NCBI GenBank assembly: GCA_964016885.1
Contig: OZ024753.1
Span: forward strand, 29,326,001 to 29,390,000
Direction of reading: 5' to 3'
Source of the DNA: Eledone cirrhosa
Lineage: Eukaryota
DNA length: 64,000 bases
Under the pieces are notes generated by a model. The model was not told the DNA's origin. It was given only the letters and a program-made list of their open reading frames with translations, and did not search any database. Shown here in pieces: positions 1 through 12,885 of this stretch. Every line of letters begins with the position of its first letter. Position 1 is the stretch's first letter. The position numbers and the translations under genes were made by a program.

Positions 1-388
1 AGAGAGAGAGGGAGAGAGAAAGAGAAAGTGAGTGAGTGAGAGAGCGAAAGAGAAAGGAAGAGAGTGAGATAAATAAAGAGACTGTGTGTGTGCGTGTGTG
101 TGTGCATATCTATGTGTAAGCGGCTGTGTGTGTATATGCCAATACACATGCTAACTCTTTTACTTATATATAATTATATATCTATCAATTCTTAAATCAA
201 ATCATCTATTCCTGGATTAACTTATATAATTATTTTCCCTTATCGCACAGATTTCTCTCCCCTTTTTTTATGTCGTTTCCTCATTCAAAATTCAAAGCAT
301 TTCTACTGAATATAGAAACGATTTTGTAATTTCCATTTGAAAATATCTTACCCGTTCATATCTTCTGCGTTCGGGATATTTTCTATAA

Positions 389-486
389 GATTGTAATCAT
401 GTTATAATAAGAATATGTATGTATGTGTATATATATATATATATATACACATACATACATATTCTTATTATAACATGATTACAATC
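389..486. repeat. Palindrome centred on (TA)n
   Basis: gattgtaatcatgttataataagaatatgtatgtatgtg-(TA)n-exact reverse complement. Confidence 0.9.
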
Positions 487-764
487 GTGTGTGTGTGTGT
501 GTATATATATATATATTTTGAAATACTGTTTGCTTCATGCTCACAATAATTTCTATACTTTCATTTATATATATATATATAGATATAGATGTGAGAAAAA
601 CCACAGACCCTCCATCTCAATTTTACTTTTGAAAAGCACAAGAACTGCGAAACCGATCAAGGAACCAAATAAATATGTTTTTTTTTTAAAAAGACTCCAG
701 CTGCATTTTCGATTTCATCTTTTTTCCTTATATATATATATATATATACCTATATATATATATA

Positions 765-931
<167 letters not shown>

Positions 932-954
932 ATATATATATATATATATATATA

Positions 955-1063
<109 letters not shown>

Positions 1064-1085
1064 ATATATATATATATATATATAT

Positions 1086-1201
1086 ATAGGAACCAGTAAA
1101 ACCCCGACAGCTGAGCTCAAGCCGTTTCGACGGCTAATTCTCATTAGAATTAGCCGTCGAAACGGCTTGAGCTCAGCTGTCGGGGTCTTACTGGTTCCTA
1201 T
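1086..1201. repeat. Fold-back inverted repeat, 56-bp arms, 4-nt loop
   Basis: Arms 1086-1141 and 1146-1201, one mismatch seen. Confidence 0.95.
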
Positions 1202-1277
1202 TACCCACTCTACTACCTCAAGTATTGAGTACTTTGGTGCGTTATGGTCCACCTGGTTCCTTACCACATTTCCTTCG

Positions 1278-1331
<54 letters not shown>

Positions 1332-1338
<7 letters not shown>

Positions 1339-3185
1339 TAACAGATTAAAGTTTAAGCAAAGAATCGCTGCTTTCACCCTTAACGGGATCTTCTGAAACT
1401 AACAAAGTCAATCTGTAAACGCAGAAGTGGATATTTCAAAAAACGTTGCAACCGGAGGAAGACAGGAAGACGATACTTTGGTTCATGGTGACGTTCCCTG
1501 GCAAAGAACGGGAAAAAACGAATATATACGTCATTAATAGGAGCGGTGAAAAACAATTACGCGCAAAGACAGAACCACGTTTATGGTATAAAAGAGGTCG
1601 TAGACTAATGTTCTCTTAGGTGGTGCATAGAGACGTTCTCTGGCAATGAACGAAAAAAACGAAGATAATACGTCATATGTGGAGCGGGGAGAAAACCACG
1701 CAAAGACAAAACCACGTAAATGGTATAGCAGAAGTCGTAGACTAAAATTCTAACTAGGAGACCGAATGAATCTCCGCTACAGAGTTAAGAACAAAGTAAA
1801 TAAATACAATACAGAAGTAATAGAAATAAATAAATACATACACGCAAACAAATACGTACATACACAAGCATACGCAAAAACTTACCATAGGTAAACAAAA
1901 CCACGCACATATAAATATGTGTATGTGTGTGTATGCGTGTATACAAATAAATAAATAATTATATAAACGTATATAAATAAATAAATACGTATATAACAAG
2001 CGCACACACATACCTATATGTAAATACACGAATGTTCGGAGACGTAAGTCAACCAAAACATGAAGTACACATATACACACGCCCTACATACGTACGAACC
2101 TGCATGCTTACACAGACGCAAAACTCCCGTATACACATAGCCGAACCATATGTACCAGAATATATAAAAAAAATATACGCCATAACAATCAAATATACGT
2201 ACGAGAAGGTATACGTACCTTCACAAAACATACGGGTAATATATACTTACCTATGCAAATAAGTAAAGGTATAAACCAAACATATACTTAGCTCCCACAT
2301 CAAGACGTAAAATATCCACGTATAGATCGTACTATCCGTTAGGGTATAACGTGGGGCTGTAATACAGGAAAGTTTTGTGCAATTTATGTTTACAAGCCGA
2401 AATTGCCTCAGATTTTTTGTTTAAGATGTGGTCTGTGGCGTAGAGTATTTCCAGGGCCTCAGCGGCGCAGAGGTCACATGGTCTTTTATTTCCGTTATAC
2501 GATCTAGCCCTAGCTAGGATCTCCCAGTGTAACTTATATTGGGTCAGGTTGTCATTTAGACTCCAGATATAAGCTGAAAGTGACGTCATATTCCTTCTTA
2601 GAGGGTAACGAAAAGAATGGGTATACATGTAAAGACGCTGCTTGAATCTATTGGCGGTTAACCCTATGTAGGCCCTACGGGACGTGGGTGTTTCAACCTT
2701 ACATTTGTAGACAATGTTACTAGAGAGGCATTTCCCGGATAGGGGGCAATCAACCCGATTCCTACAATTACAGTTAGTACCAACTACAGTGTTGCACGTG
2801 TTCCTACGGCTAGGTAGTTTAGCTAAATTTGAAGCTGTGATGTTATGTGCAAGGTTAGGAGTCGTAGAGTAAGAAATTTTAATAGTATTTCTATTAAAAA
2901 TTTTACTATATTTATGTGTAGGGGGAAAATGCTTCGTAATAAGGGAAAGAAAGATCTTAGCTAATGGTGTGGCCACCTCCATATTATATGGTGGGTTATA
3001 CCAACAAATGCGACGGGATTTATTTCTTCTAGGTCTATTTTCGTACTCTGTATATGCTACCTTATCGACAAATCCACTTCGAGCAAGAGCTTCATTGTAA
3101 TAAGTGGAATGGTCGTTGAAAATACGCTCGTTGGTGGAAAGACGGGAAAGCCTCAACGAAACGTTTCTTACCAGGTTCTTACACA
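1332..3185 (-). mobile_element. 5'-truncated Penelope-like retroelement (PLE): end of RT/linker + GIY-YIG ORF, ~1-kb 3' UTR, hammerhead-like terminus abutting (TA)n
   Basis: Contains ORF 2332-3213(-). Downstream on the minus strand it runs to CAGAAGA-TCCCGTTAAGGGT-GAAAG (~1395-1370) and ends in a (TA)n tract. Confidence 0.85.
2332..3185 (-). pseudogene. PLE polyprotein C-terminal fragment with GIY-YIG endonuclease
   Basis: Motifs WYNPPY, KIFNRNTIKISYS, CNCR..CPLSGKCL, NIVYKC...AYIGLT..FKQR and CDLC..E are typical of PLE linker plus GIY-YIG. The RT core is absent. Confidence 0.9.
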
Positions 3186-3199
3186 TATATATGTTTTCT

Positions 3200-3597
3200 C
3201 CAAGATCAACCATGAATGAAGAGAACTATAATCTGAAACGATGCAACAGGTCGCTGATGAAAGGAAGACCAACTAATACCGGGGATTGTCCAGCCGCTTC
3301 CTCTTCGCACTGGTCACCGTCGAGATTCCAACCGTACATGGACCCCGTACTGCTGAGCTCCTCCCCAAGATCGGAACGTCACCAGCCCGTCTGAGGAAGG
3401 GGCCCCGCGAGATAGGGTGGCTGTTTCAGCGGGTGTCGCTGTCCATTGTCTGCGAGAATGCTTTTTACGGTCTTCTCCGCAGGGCGCAGCCCCACTACTA
3501 CCGCGCCCTAGTCCCAGAAGCCAACACCCTCCCTCTTCCCCCTCCCATTCTTCTGTGATCCTAGAAACCCTTGCCTTTCCCTTCCTTTTCCGTTTTC
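3200..3597 (+). mobile_element. CRE-clade non-LTR retrotransposon 3' fragment (restriction-like endonuclease C-terminus + 3' UTR)
   Basis: Frame from 3241 reads ADERKTN*YRGLSSRFLFALVTVE...GP...IG.....REIGWLFQRVSLSIVCENAF, matching the K..KY...F.P.AVET.G..G...L.QR.S....GNA pattern. A second copy of its 3' UTR is at ~4024-4138. Confidence 0.7.
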
Positions 3598-3646
3598 ATA
3601 ACCACAAAAGACACTCATTTTTTTACAATAAAACATATTCCTCTGC

Positions 3647-3850
3647 ATTGGCAGTATCAGTAGAGGGTCGGATGTCATGCGTTGCAGCATAGAGTTACGC
3701 TCCTTTACGGTCTGAGTTCAAAGGTTAACTTTTCCTTTCATCCTTACGGGGTCGATCAAATAAAGCACCAGTAATGCACTGGGTCGATTTAATCGACATT
3801 CCCCTCCCCTTAAAAAAATTGCTGGCCTTGTGCTTAAAGTAGAAGCAATT
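3647..3850 (+). mobile_element. tRNA-derived SINE family 1, long variant
   Basis: A-box tggcagtatc.g, B-box gagttcaaa, core cctttcatccttacggggtcgat, gtcgatttaatcgac palindrome, tail ggccttgtgc..aaagtagaa.caatt. Confidence 0.85.
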
Positions 3851-4234
3851 ATTTCCGTTACATTTAAGAAAGAGGTTAGGGCATCAAATCTGAAAACTCC
3901 ACGGCATAAGGGCTAGTTGGTATTGTGTTAACGAAATGTTAATTATTAATCCGAAATTATTAAATAAAATTATTGAATAAAATTATTAATCCGAAATATA
4001 TAAGTAAAGAGAAATCAATGAATAATGCTTTTACGGTCTTATCCGCGGACCGCAACCTAGGCCTAGAACCAATAACACTTCCCCTTCTCATTCTTTTGTG
4101 ACCGCAGAGTACTTGACCCTTTCCTTCATTTTCCGTTTCTAAATATCTGTAGTGTTGTTGTTATTTGAAATAGATTTGTTTATGATTTTTTTTTATGTTT
4201 ATTCACAATAAATTATTTATTCTGTATGCTTTAA

Positions 4235-4436
4235 CCCTTTAGCATTTAAACAGGCAGTATCCGGCCAGAATTCTCTCACCTCTTTCTGTTCAAACCGGCT
4301 GTAACCAGTAACTAATACTGATGTTAAGGTATTGTTCTCAGAATAAATAATATCAAAATCTCATAGATTCGATATTATGCGAAATATTATCGTAAAAATA
4401 TAATAGTAAATACAGAGTAATGTAAATGCTAAAGTG
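4235..4436. mobile_element. piggyBac-type MITE
   Basis: TTAA at 4231-4234 and 4437-4440; TIRs ccctttagcattta / taaatgctaaagtg. Confidence 0.75.
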
Positions 4437-5263
4437 TTAAACTAAATGAAGGTAGATTATTGAAAAGAAAACATTTTGAATGTCACCTTGAAGGGGTTTA
4501 AAATCTAACATTATAATAGAGGTCATAACTAAAATTATTACTGATAATTAAAAAAGACTTAAATATTAAAAAATAACATCAAATAACCATCTTGTTATTA
4601 AAAACGCGAATCATATACACGTATTGTAGAAAGCAAATATTCTGACACGCTGACAAAGAACAAAATAAGAAGGAAAAAAATCGAAAATTTGCTTGGAAAT
4701 AATTAATTTGTATTTTCTCTCTTTATTAATTAATTAGATTTGATGTTAGATCTCAATTTCATTAATGACTTTAACTGTCATTTATTTCTTTGTAGATGCT
4801 TATGTTAAGTAGCTGGTGACAACACATACACACGGGCACACACACACGGGAACACACACATGAACACAGACAGGAATATATCTTATTTAGTTCTTTAGTT
4901 TGTTTTATTCAACTCAGCTAGGTCAATGCTTTCTCACCATCTTCATATATATATATATATATTATTTATTATTATTACTATATAATATATATATATAATA
5001 TATCTCTCTCTCATATATATGAGAGAGAAAGAGAGATTATATATAGATTATATATATATATTATATAGTAATAATAATAAGTGTGAAAACTAAAATCCGA
5101 AGAGGGCTCGATAAGGATAATATATATAAAAATATATAAAAACCGTAGAGGAAATATTTATTAAAATAAAAGATTAAAGTTTTAAGCAAAGAATCGGTGC
5201 TTTCACTCTTAACGGGATCTTCTGAAAATCAATATATATATATATATTATATCTGCCATATAT

Positions 5264-5314
<51 letters not shown>

Positions 5315-5604
5315 TGTGGTTCAGTAGATTCGTGATTTACTGAGGCAGGAACCAGTAATGAAATTTTGGCTTTGCTTGATTAATAAGTCTTGTGAGCAGT
5401 TCGGGCTGGAGTCGGATCTATAGCATTAATATAGATCCTGAGCTACCCATCTGTGAAACGGTCGTAACTGCGTATAATCAATAAAGACCTTAATGTGAAA
5501 CCTCGCCTTGTTTTCAATATGTGTGTATATATATATATATATATATTGTTATACTTTGGGTGGGTCATGTTGCCAATAAGAAACGAAATTCAGAAACGAA
5601 ATAT

Positions 5605-5635
<31 letters not shown>

Positions 5636-6011
5636 GTGTGTGTGTGTGTGTGTATATAGTTGCAGAACAGGACTGTGTACTTTAAACTGACTATTCGACA
5701 GGAACAGAGTTGAAGTTAAATCTATATCACGCTCTATGTAACCTGCCATATATGCCTATGTGTATATATGTTGTTGTTTAACTCTATATCTGTTTTGCTA
5801 TTAAACAAGGTTTACCAGTTAAGATCCTGTGATTTTCTCTAGACAAATTTTACATTATTCAATGGAGATCTTTTCTTTTTTTTAAACGTTAGCATGCGAT
5901 TGGTAAGTGGTGCTGAGTTGCGATTTCTAGTATTTTTAGGCAGATCTATTGACTACGCAATGTCTGCACGTGTTTTTAATATATCTAATACATGTATGTA
6001 TATATGTTTGT

Positions 6012-6075
<64 letters not shown>

Positions 6076-6627
6076 GGTGTGTTTTTGCGTGTGTTATATT
6101 CATACACAAACCCATCTACAGGAGGTTTATGTTTAAAAAGGAAAGAGGAGAGATTTTCAATAAAATAGAGAGGGTAGGGAGGAGAATGTGAGAGAAGAGG
6201 AAAAATAAAAGAAAATATTTGGATTAAGGCAGCCAAAAAATGCTGAGAATACATGGAAGTTGTTGATTTGTGAGGAAGGAAACCAAATGAAACAAACTGC
6301 AAAGGGATGGGAGTGGGTGGGGGTAAATTGTAGAGCAGTGAGATCCCAAAGTGTAAATATTCTGACACTGTCATCAAGGAATGAGGGGTATAACCCTTAT
6401 CGGCATCTAAAAAATTCCAGATGTTGATAAACTGTAGCTGTTGACTTGCTCATTAACAGCATCAAAAGATTAGAATGTGATTTGAAGCAAAGTTTGAATG
6501 TTTAAAACGATCACATCAGTAATGTGCAAGAGATACACACAATCCTACATATATATATATATACATACATACATTCACACAGACGTACACATATACACAC
6601 AGACACAGGCATTTATAAGAGTACGTA

Positions 6628-6680
<53 letters not shown>

Positions 6681-6681
6681 C

Positions 6682-6716
<35 letters not shown>

Positions 6717-6784
6717 CATACATATATATTTATATATACATATATATTTATATATATACATATATATTTATATATATGTATATA

Positions 6785-6890
<106 letters not shown>

Positions 6891-7073
6891 TATATATACA
6901 CATATATATACATATATATATATATACACATATATATATATATATATATATATAATTGTTTCTACTATTGGCACAAGGGCAGCAATTACCCAGTAAATTA
7001 CCAATTCACCTAACACATATATAATGTATACGTATAATTATAATGTATGTACTTTATATATATATATATATAT

Positions 7074-7800
7074 AGAAAAAAAGATGAAATCGAAAATGCA
7101 ACTGGAGTCTTATTTTTTTTTTAAATATATATATTTATTTGGTTCCTTTACCGGTTTCGCAGTTCTTCTGCTTTTCAAAAGGTGAGTTGAGATGGAGGGT
7201 CTGTGGTTTTTCTCACATCTGGTTGGTCTCTGAATGTTACTTGTTTTATATGGAAAAAGTGGCTCGAAATGCCAGGTTTTTCGAGAAGTAATTTGATTGG
7301 TTGGACAATAATTATAATAAATTTCGTGCCAGTTCGCGTTACAATAGTTCTTCAAATAAGAGGGGGGGGGGGTGTCACAGGTTGTTTTTTCATATATGAG
7401 TGTTTGAATTTCTTTTTACTTTATTAAAAAAAAAGCCTTCGTGAGCCCCCTTTTTTCATGTAAAAAGAAATTCAAACACTCATATATGAAAAAACAACCT
7501 GTGACACCCCCCCCCCCTCTTATTTGAAGAGCTATTGTAACGCGAACTGGCGCGAAATTTATTATAATTATTGTCCAACCAATCAAATTACTTCTCGAAA
7601 AACCTGGTATTTCGAGCCACTTTTTCCATATAAAGCAAGTAACATTCAGAGACCAACCAGATGTGAGAAAAACCACAGACCCTCCATCTCAACTCTACTT
7701 TTGAAAAGCAAAACTGCGAAACCGGTAAAGGAACCAAATAAATATATATATTTTTTTTAAATAAGATTCCAGTTGCATTTTCGATTTCATCTTTTTTTCT
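7074..7800. repeat. Inverted repeat, ~340-bp arms, ~40-bp spacer
   Basis: Near-identical ORF translations on opposite strands (7203+/7416-, 7110-/7524+); a few substitutions and indels. Confidence 0.95.
7145..7182 (-). ncRNA. Minimal type I hammerhead ribozyme motif, U3-A8 variant
   Basis: CCUU-UUGAAAA-GCAG(aagaa)CUGC-GAAAC(cg)GUA-AAGG. Mirror copy at 7698-7730(+), third copy at 626-661(+). Confidence 0.7.
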
Positions 7801-7846
7801 TTATACTTTCACTCGGTTATTTTTCATTTAGTAAAAAGAACCTCAC

Positions 7847-7889
<43 letters not shown>

Positions 7890-8281
7890 AATATGATAAT
7901 AATGGAGCTGCGGCGTTGCAAATGGGTTACATATGAAAAAGTTTGTCCTTCATCAGTGATCTTCCAACCATCATAGGCATTTCATCGCTTTAAAGACCAT
8001 ATACCCCCGGTTGGTGCGAGCAACGGCTAAAAAAAGTCGTTGGGACACGTAAATAAAGGGGACGCGAGGGTAAACAAACAAAATGGTTTAAGCAACAGAA
8101 AGTGATGAAGAAAGAGACAAGTCCCAGATTTCTATGAATTTAAATTCGGTGAAATCGTGAACGAGAGAATAAAGACCATCAAACCTGGTTGAAATGTGAG
8201 CAAGGAAGGAATTTCGCACAGGTCTAACGGGGGGAAGAAGGGGTCTGGTCTGCGAATTCGGTAAACATAAGTTCTGTGAAG

Positions 8282-9022
8282 AGAGAGGAGAAACGATGCA
8301 CCAATATACCAAAATTATATTTATTCACAAGTGACAAACGTGCGTCACATGTGAATAAACACAATATTGCTATATTGATACTTGGTTGCTGCCCCTTGTT
8401 ATCCACTCCCTGCTACTTAAGGATGTTGACTACTTAAGGATGTTGACTGGAAGACCACATATATATATATAGTAAAACCTTTTTATATATACATAAACAA
8501 ATATGTATGGTAATGTATATTGCATGTGTGTAAGGATGTGTGTATATAAAAAGAGACAGAGAATGATATAGGAAGTTAGACAAATACATATATATATATA
8601 CAGGGTGTCCTACAAAATGTATACACACTTTGATTACCTGTACAGGCAATATTCATTAGAATTGTGTTGATGTGTCTATACATTTTTAGGTGACACCCTG
8701 TAGGTATGTGTGTGTGTGTGTGTGTGTTTGTGTGTGTTTGTGTGTCTATATATATATACATCTAGACATATATATAGACATATATACATATATATATATA
8801 TCAGAGAAAGAGAGCGAGAGAGAGCGAGAAAGAGAGCGAGAGAGAGAGGAGAAACGATGCACCAATATACGAAAATTATATTTATTCACAAGTGACAAAC
8901 GTGCGTCACATGTGAATAAACACAATATTGCTATATTGATACTTGGTTGCTGCCCCTTGTTATCCACTCCCTGCTACTTAAGGATGTTTACTACAGTGTA
9001 ATAACAAGCCTGGAAGACCACA
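8282..9022. repeat. Local direct duplication (~8282-8460 and ~8843-9022)
   Basis: Shared agaggagaaacgatgcaccaatatac...ctacttaaggatgtt; identical ORF translations 8224-/8746-. Confidence 0.9.
8601..8700. mobile_element. Tc1/mariner-type MITE (100 bp)
   Basis: TA-cagggtgtc...gacaccctg-TA. Related copies at ~10025-10123, 10425-10511, 12492-12660, 51847-51921, 55349-55410 and 63362-63459. Confidence 0.8.
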
Positions 9023-9168
9023 TCAGTAACCGGACCCATATTGACATTGTGTGCTCCAACTGGTGAACCAATAAACTATATATATATATAGGCTTGTTAT
9101 TACACTGTAGGCAATCCTCCGTGAGCTTCAGCGATCTCTCTCTATATATATATATATCTATATATATC

Positions 9169-9220
<52 letters not shown>

Positions 9221-9347
9221 GCTGAAGCTCATGGAGGAGATGACGAAGGACTTTGACGAATGTAAAGATGCTATGATGAATAGGACTCATCCCACCCTTG
9301 CAAGCAGAGAAAGTGATGATGATGATGATTATATATATATAAACTAG

Positions 9348-9407
<60 letters not shown>

Positions 9408-9425
9408 TGGAGCTCTGAAATAGCA

Positions 9426-9926
9426 ATATATATATGGATGTATATATAATGTATTTTGCAATACACTTTATGCTTAATTAAAAGCATTTTGAAGACCGTA
9501 AGCTATTGTTTTAAAGTAGTGACAAATTCACTCACTTTGATCTCAGCAAACAGGGGAGATAAGCCGACAAGTCTTGTTTCGCTTTGGTTGAAGCTTATCA
9601 AGGCCAACTACCCCACCTGTTTACTGAGATCATTGATGTTATATTCTTATAGAAATCTAGTAAATAATCAGGAGCTGATTATGCAGAGCTACTAGATTTC
9701 TATAAGAATATAACATCAATGATCTCAGTAAACAGGTGGGGTAGTTGGCCTTGATAAGCTTCAACCAAAGCGAAACAAGACTTGTCGGCTTATCTCCCCT
9801 GTTTGCTGAGATCAAAGTGAGTGAATTTGTCACTACTTTAAAACAATAGCTTACGGTCTTCAAAATGCTTTTAATTAAGCATAAAGTGTATTGCAAAATA
9901 CATTATATATACATCCATATATATAT
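9426..9926. repeat. Inverted repeat, 237-bp arms, 27-bp spacer
   Basis: Arms 9426-9662 and 9690-9926; identical ORF translations on both strands. Confidence 0.95.
9748..9789 (+). ncRNA. Type I hammerhead ribozyme motif, U3-A8 variant
   Basis: GCC-UUGAUAA-GCUU(caacca)AAGC-GAAACAAG(a)CUUGUC-GGC. Mirror copy at 9563-9604(-). Confidence 0.75.
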
Positions 9927-10120
9927 ATATAAATTTATATATAAACTAACTATATATATATTTATATATAAACTAACTATATATATCTATATATATAAAC
10001 TAACTATATATATATATATATAAAGAGGGTGCCACCCCCACCACCCCAAAATGTATACACACTGTACAGGCAATATTTATTAGAATGCTGTTGACGTGTG
10101 TATACATTTTTTAGGACACC

Positions 10121-10160
<40 letters not shown>

Positions 10161-10514
10161 GATAAAAGTTTTGTTTACATGTATTTAGTTTTTTTTATTG
10201 TGTATCGACCTGTAACGCACATTTTGCAGACACTATATATACTAGCAGAGCTATCCGGTAATGCCCAGGTGTATTATGTAACTAACATTATATTTTGGCA
10301 GATATTGCTAGTCTCTTTTCCCCACATCCTCTCATCCTCATTATGTGTGTGTGTGTATAACAGGAATTTCGGGTGTGCAGACAGTAAGACTTCCTATAAT
10401 ATGAGTAGGATACACACACACACTCAAATGTATACACACTTTGATTACCTGTACAAGTAATATGCATTAGAATGGTGTTGAAGTGTGTATACATTTTTAG
10501 GTGACACCCTGTGG

Positions 10515-10553
<39 letters not shown>

Positions 10554-10974
10554 CACATCTAGACATATATATATATATATATCAGAGAAAGAGAGAGTGA
10601 GGTAGAACACTGGAAAGTAATATCTGTAGTGGTAGAGCACTCAGTTCATGACCATTACGAACCGAGGATCCGCTAAGGTGAAACTATTGTTCTCGGTATG
10701 GTGAACTAACTTCTCTCTATATAATACACACACACACACACACACAAAGAGAGACAGGGAGAGAGACAGGGAGAGAGAAAGAGAGACAGGGAGAGAGAAA
10801 GAGAGATAGGGAGAGAGAAAGAGATCTGGGGGGTGTGTCGGTAGTGGTGTAAATATGTTAAAGGAGAAAATTAAAATTAGAACGAACAGGTGACTGAACA
10901 TGGCGAAGAAATTTATCGGATGCTAAAACTGTCAGAGTCGTCGTCCTTGTTATCAGCGTAATCATCATCACCAT

Positions 10975-11027
<53 letters not shown>

Positions 11028-11547
11028 TCAGCAGCATGCTCATTTTTCATTTTCATCCTTATGATCATCAGCATACACCTCATCACCCTCACTCACCATT
11101 ATCATCATCTTCATCATAAACAACATCATCACCACCCCCATCTTCCTCCTCATCATCATCCTCATCATCAGCATCATCAAAGCATCATCATCACCACCAT
11201 CATCATCATCATTAACAACATCATCGCTTTCATAGTGAAATAAATGTTATCACTTAACCCAAATATCAGTTTTCTTTCACTTATTTTCGTTTATTTTATT
11301 CTCTATATTATCTATTACCTGCTGTACCAGTGATCTTAACGGGTTAAAGGGGAAGTAAATTCCTGGTTTAAAAATAGCAGCCGTATCTCCAACAAATGAT
11401 ACTGTGCCCTCTCTAAAAAGGGACACATTAAACAATGTCGGTCAGGCTCTCTATAAAAAGGGACACACTGAACAATGTAGGGTTACACTATCTTAGAAAA
11501 CGATGGAACGCTGTTGATTAGTAGTTTGCTTTATCATTGTCGACATA

Positions 11548-11642
11548 ATTGTTTCTACTTTTTGGCACAAGGCCAGCAATTACCCAGTGCATTACTGGTA
11601 CTTTATTTTATCGACCCCGTAAGGATGAAAGGCAAAGTCAAC
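11548..11642 (-). mobile_element. SINE family 1, 5'-truncated, short variant
   Basis: 11-bp TSD gtcgacataat at 11539-11549 and 11643-11653. Confidence 0.9.
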
Positions 11643-12097
11643 GTCGACATAATAGAAGATAACAATAACAGTAACATGATTTAAGGACCCTTTCATAAGC
11701 GTTAGCACAGCTAGCACGGAGTTGCCTCTGTATCACTAAAGATTACTTACCTATATCTATTATATTCATACCATCTGACGACATACCATCTGATTGTTTT
11801 GCGTCATGATCTGATGACGTAAATCAGTCAAAGAAATACGTATTATACAACAACAAGAAAAACGAAGTTATTGAAATTTGGTCTTCTCATGTTTTTCGTT
11901 AAAGTATTTAACTCCATTCCTAACCTAGCCACGAGATACAACATCTATAATGGAAAATAGACATAACGTCGAGTGCTTTTGTTATTGCGTTCCGGCATGT
12001 TGATCGAAATGACTGGATCACAAACCCAGCTACCTATTAGTAAAACCACACAATGTAAGGGATATATATATATATATATATATAAAATATATAATAT

Positions 12098-12284
12098 AAT
12101 TGTTTCTACTTTTGGCACAAGGCCAGCAATTACCAGTACATTACTGGTACTTTATTTTATCGACCCCGTAAGGATGAAAGGCAAAGTTAACCTTGGCGCG
12201 ATTTGAACTCAGATCATAAAGGGCCGTAACTTTAGGCGTGAAAGCATGGCGTCCGACCCTCTACCGATACTGCCAATCCACCGT

Positions 12285-12285
<1 letters not shown>
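12098..12285 (-). mobile_element. SINE family 1, full-length short variant
   Basis: Full homology including A/B boxes. Confidence 0.9.
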
Positions 12286-12347
<62 letters not shown>

Positions 12348-12415
12348 TACATACATTTGAAAATGACAAACAAACAAACGTACATGGTGTTATTAGCTTC
12401 ACGCGTGTGTGTGTG

Positions 12416-12481
<66 letters not shown>

Positions 12482-12491
12482 TATATATAAA

Positions 12492-12660
12492 CAGGGTGTC
12501 CCAAAAGAAGTATACACACTTTGATTACCTGTACAGGCACATAATTCAATTGTATGTAAACACCCAAAAATATTTACATAATTTAAATAATGCATATAAA
12601 ACAGAAATTATTTTAATGCATTTTTGTTCCTGTTGAAGTGTGTATACATTTTTGGGGGAC
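12492..12660. mobile_element. Longer copy of the same Tc1/mariner-type MITE family
   Basis: cagggtgtcccaaaag..gtatacacactttgattacctgtac...gtgtgtatacatttttgggggac. Confidence 0.7.
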
Positions 12661-12795
12661 ATATATGTAATGTATATATATATATATATATATGTATATA
12701 AAGTTCTACCAACTGTTGAGTGCTACTTATCTGATATATGCATAGTTTTATTGTTCTACAATATTACTCACCTCCTACATATATATGTATATATG

Positions 12796-12885
<90 letters not shown>

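Noticed and set aside
3104-3394. Plus-strand 96-aa ORF
   Set aside because: It spans the junction between the antisense PLE and an out-of-frame CRE fragment; chimeric and not a real gene.
7074-7800. Long inverted repeats as MITE terminal inverted repeats
   Set aside because: Arms are asymmetric (one extends further), apex positions vary within a family, single-arm copies exist (~587-728), and hammerhead motifs lie inside.
10960-11225. Poly-His/Gln/Met ORFs (also 17411-17990, 18132-18326, 61019-61291)
   Set aside because: Degenerate trinucleotide microsatellites with no splice or homology support.
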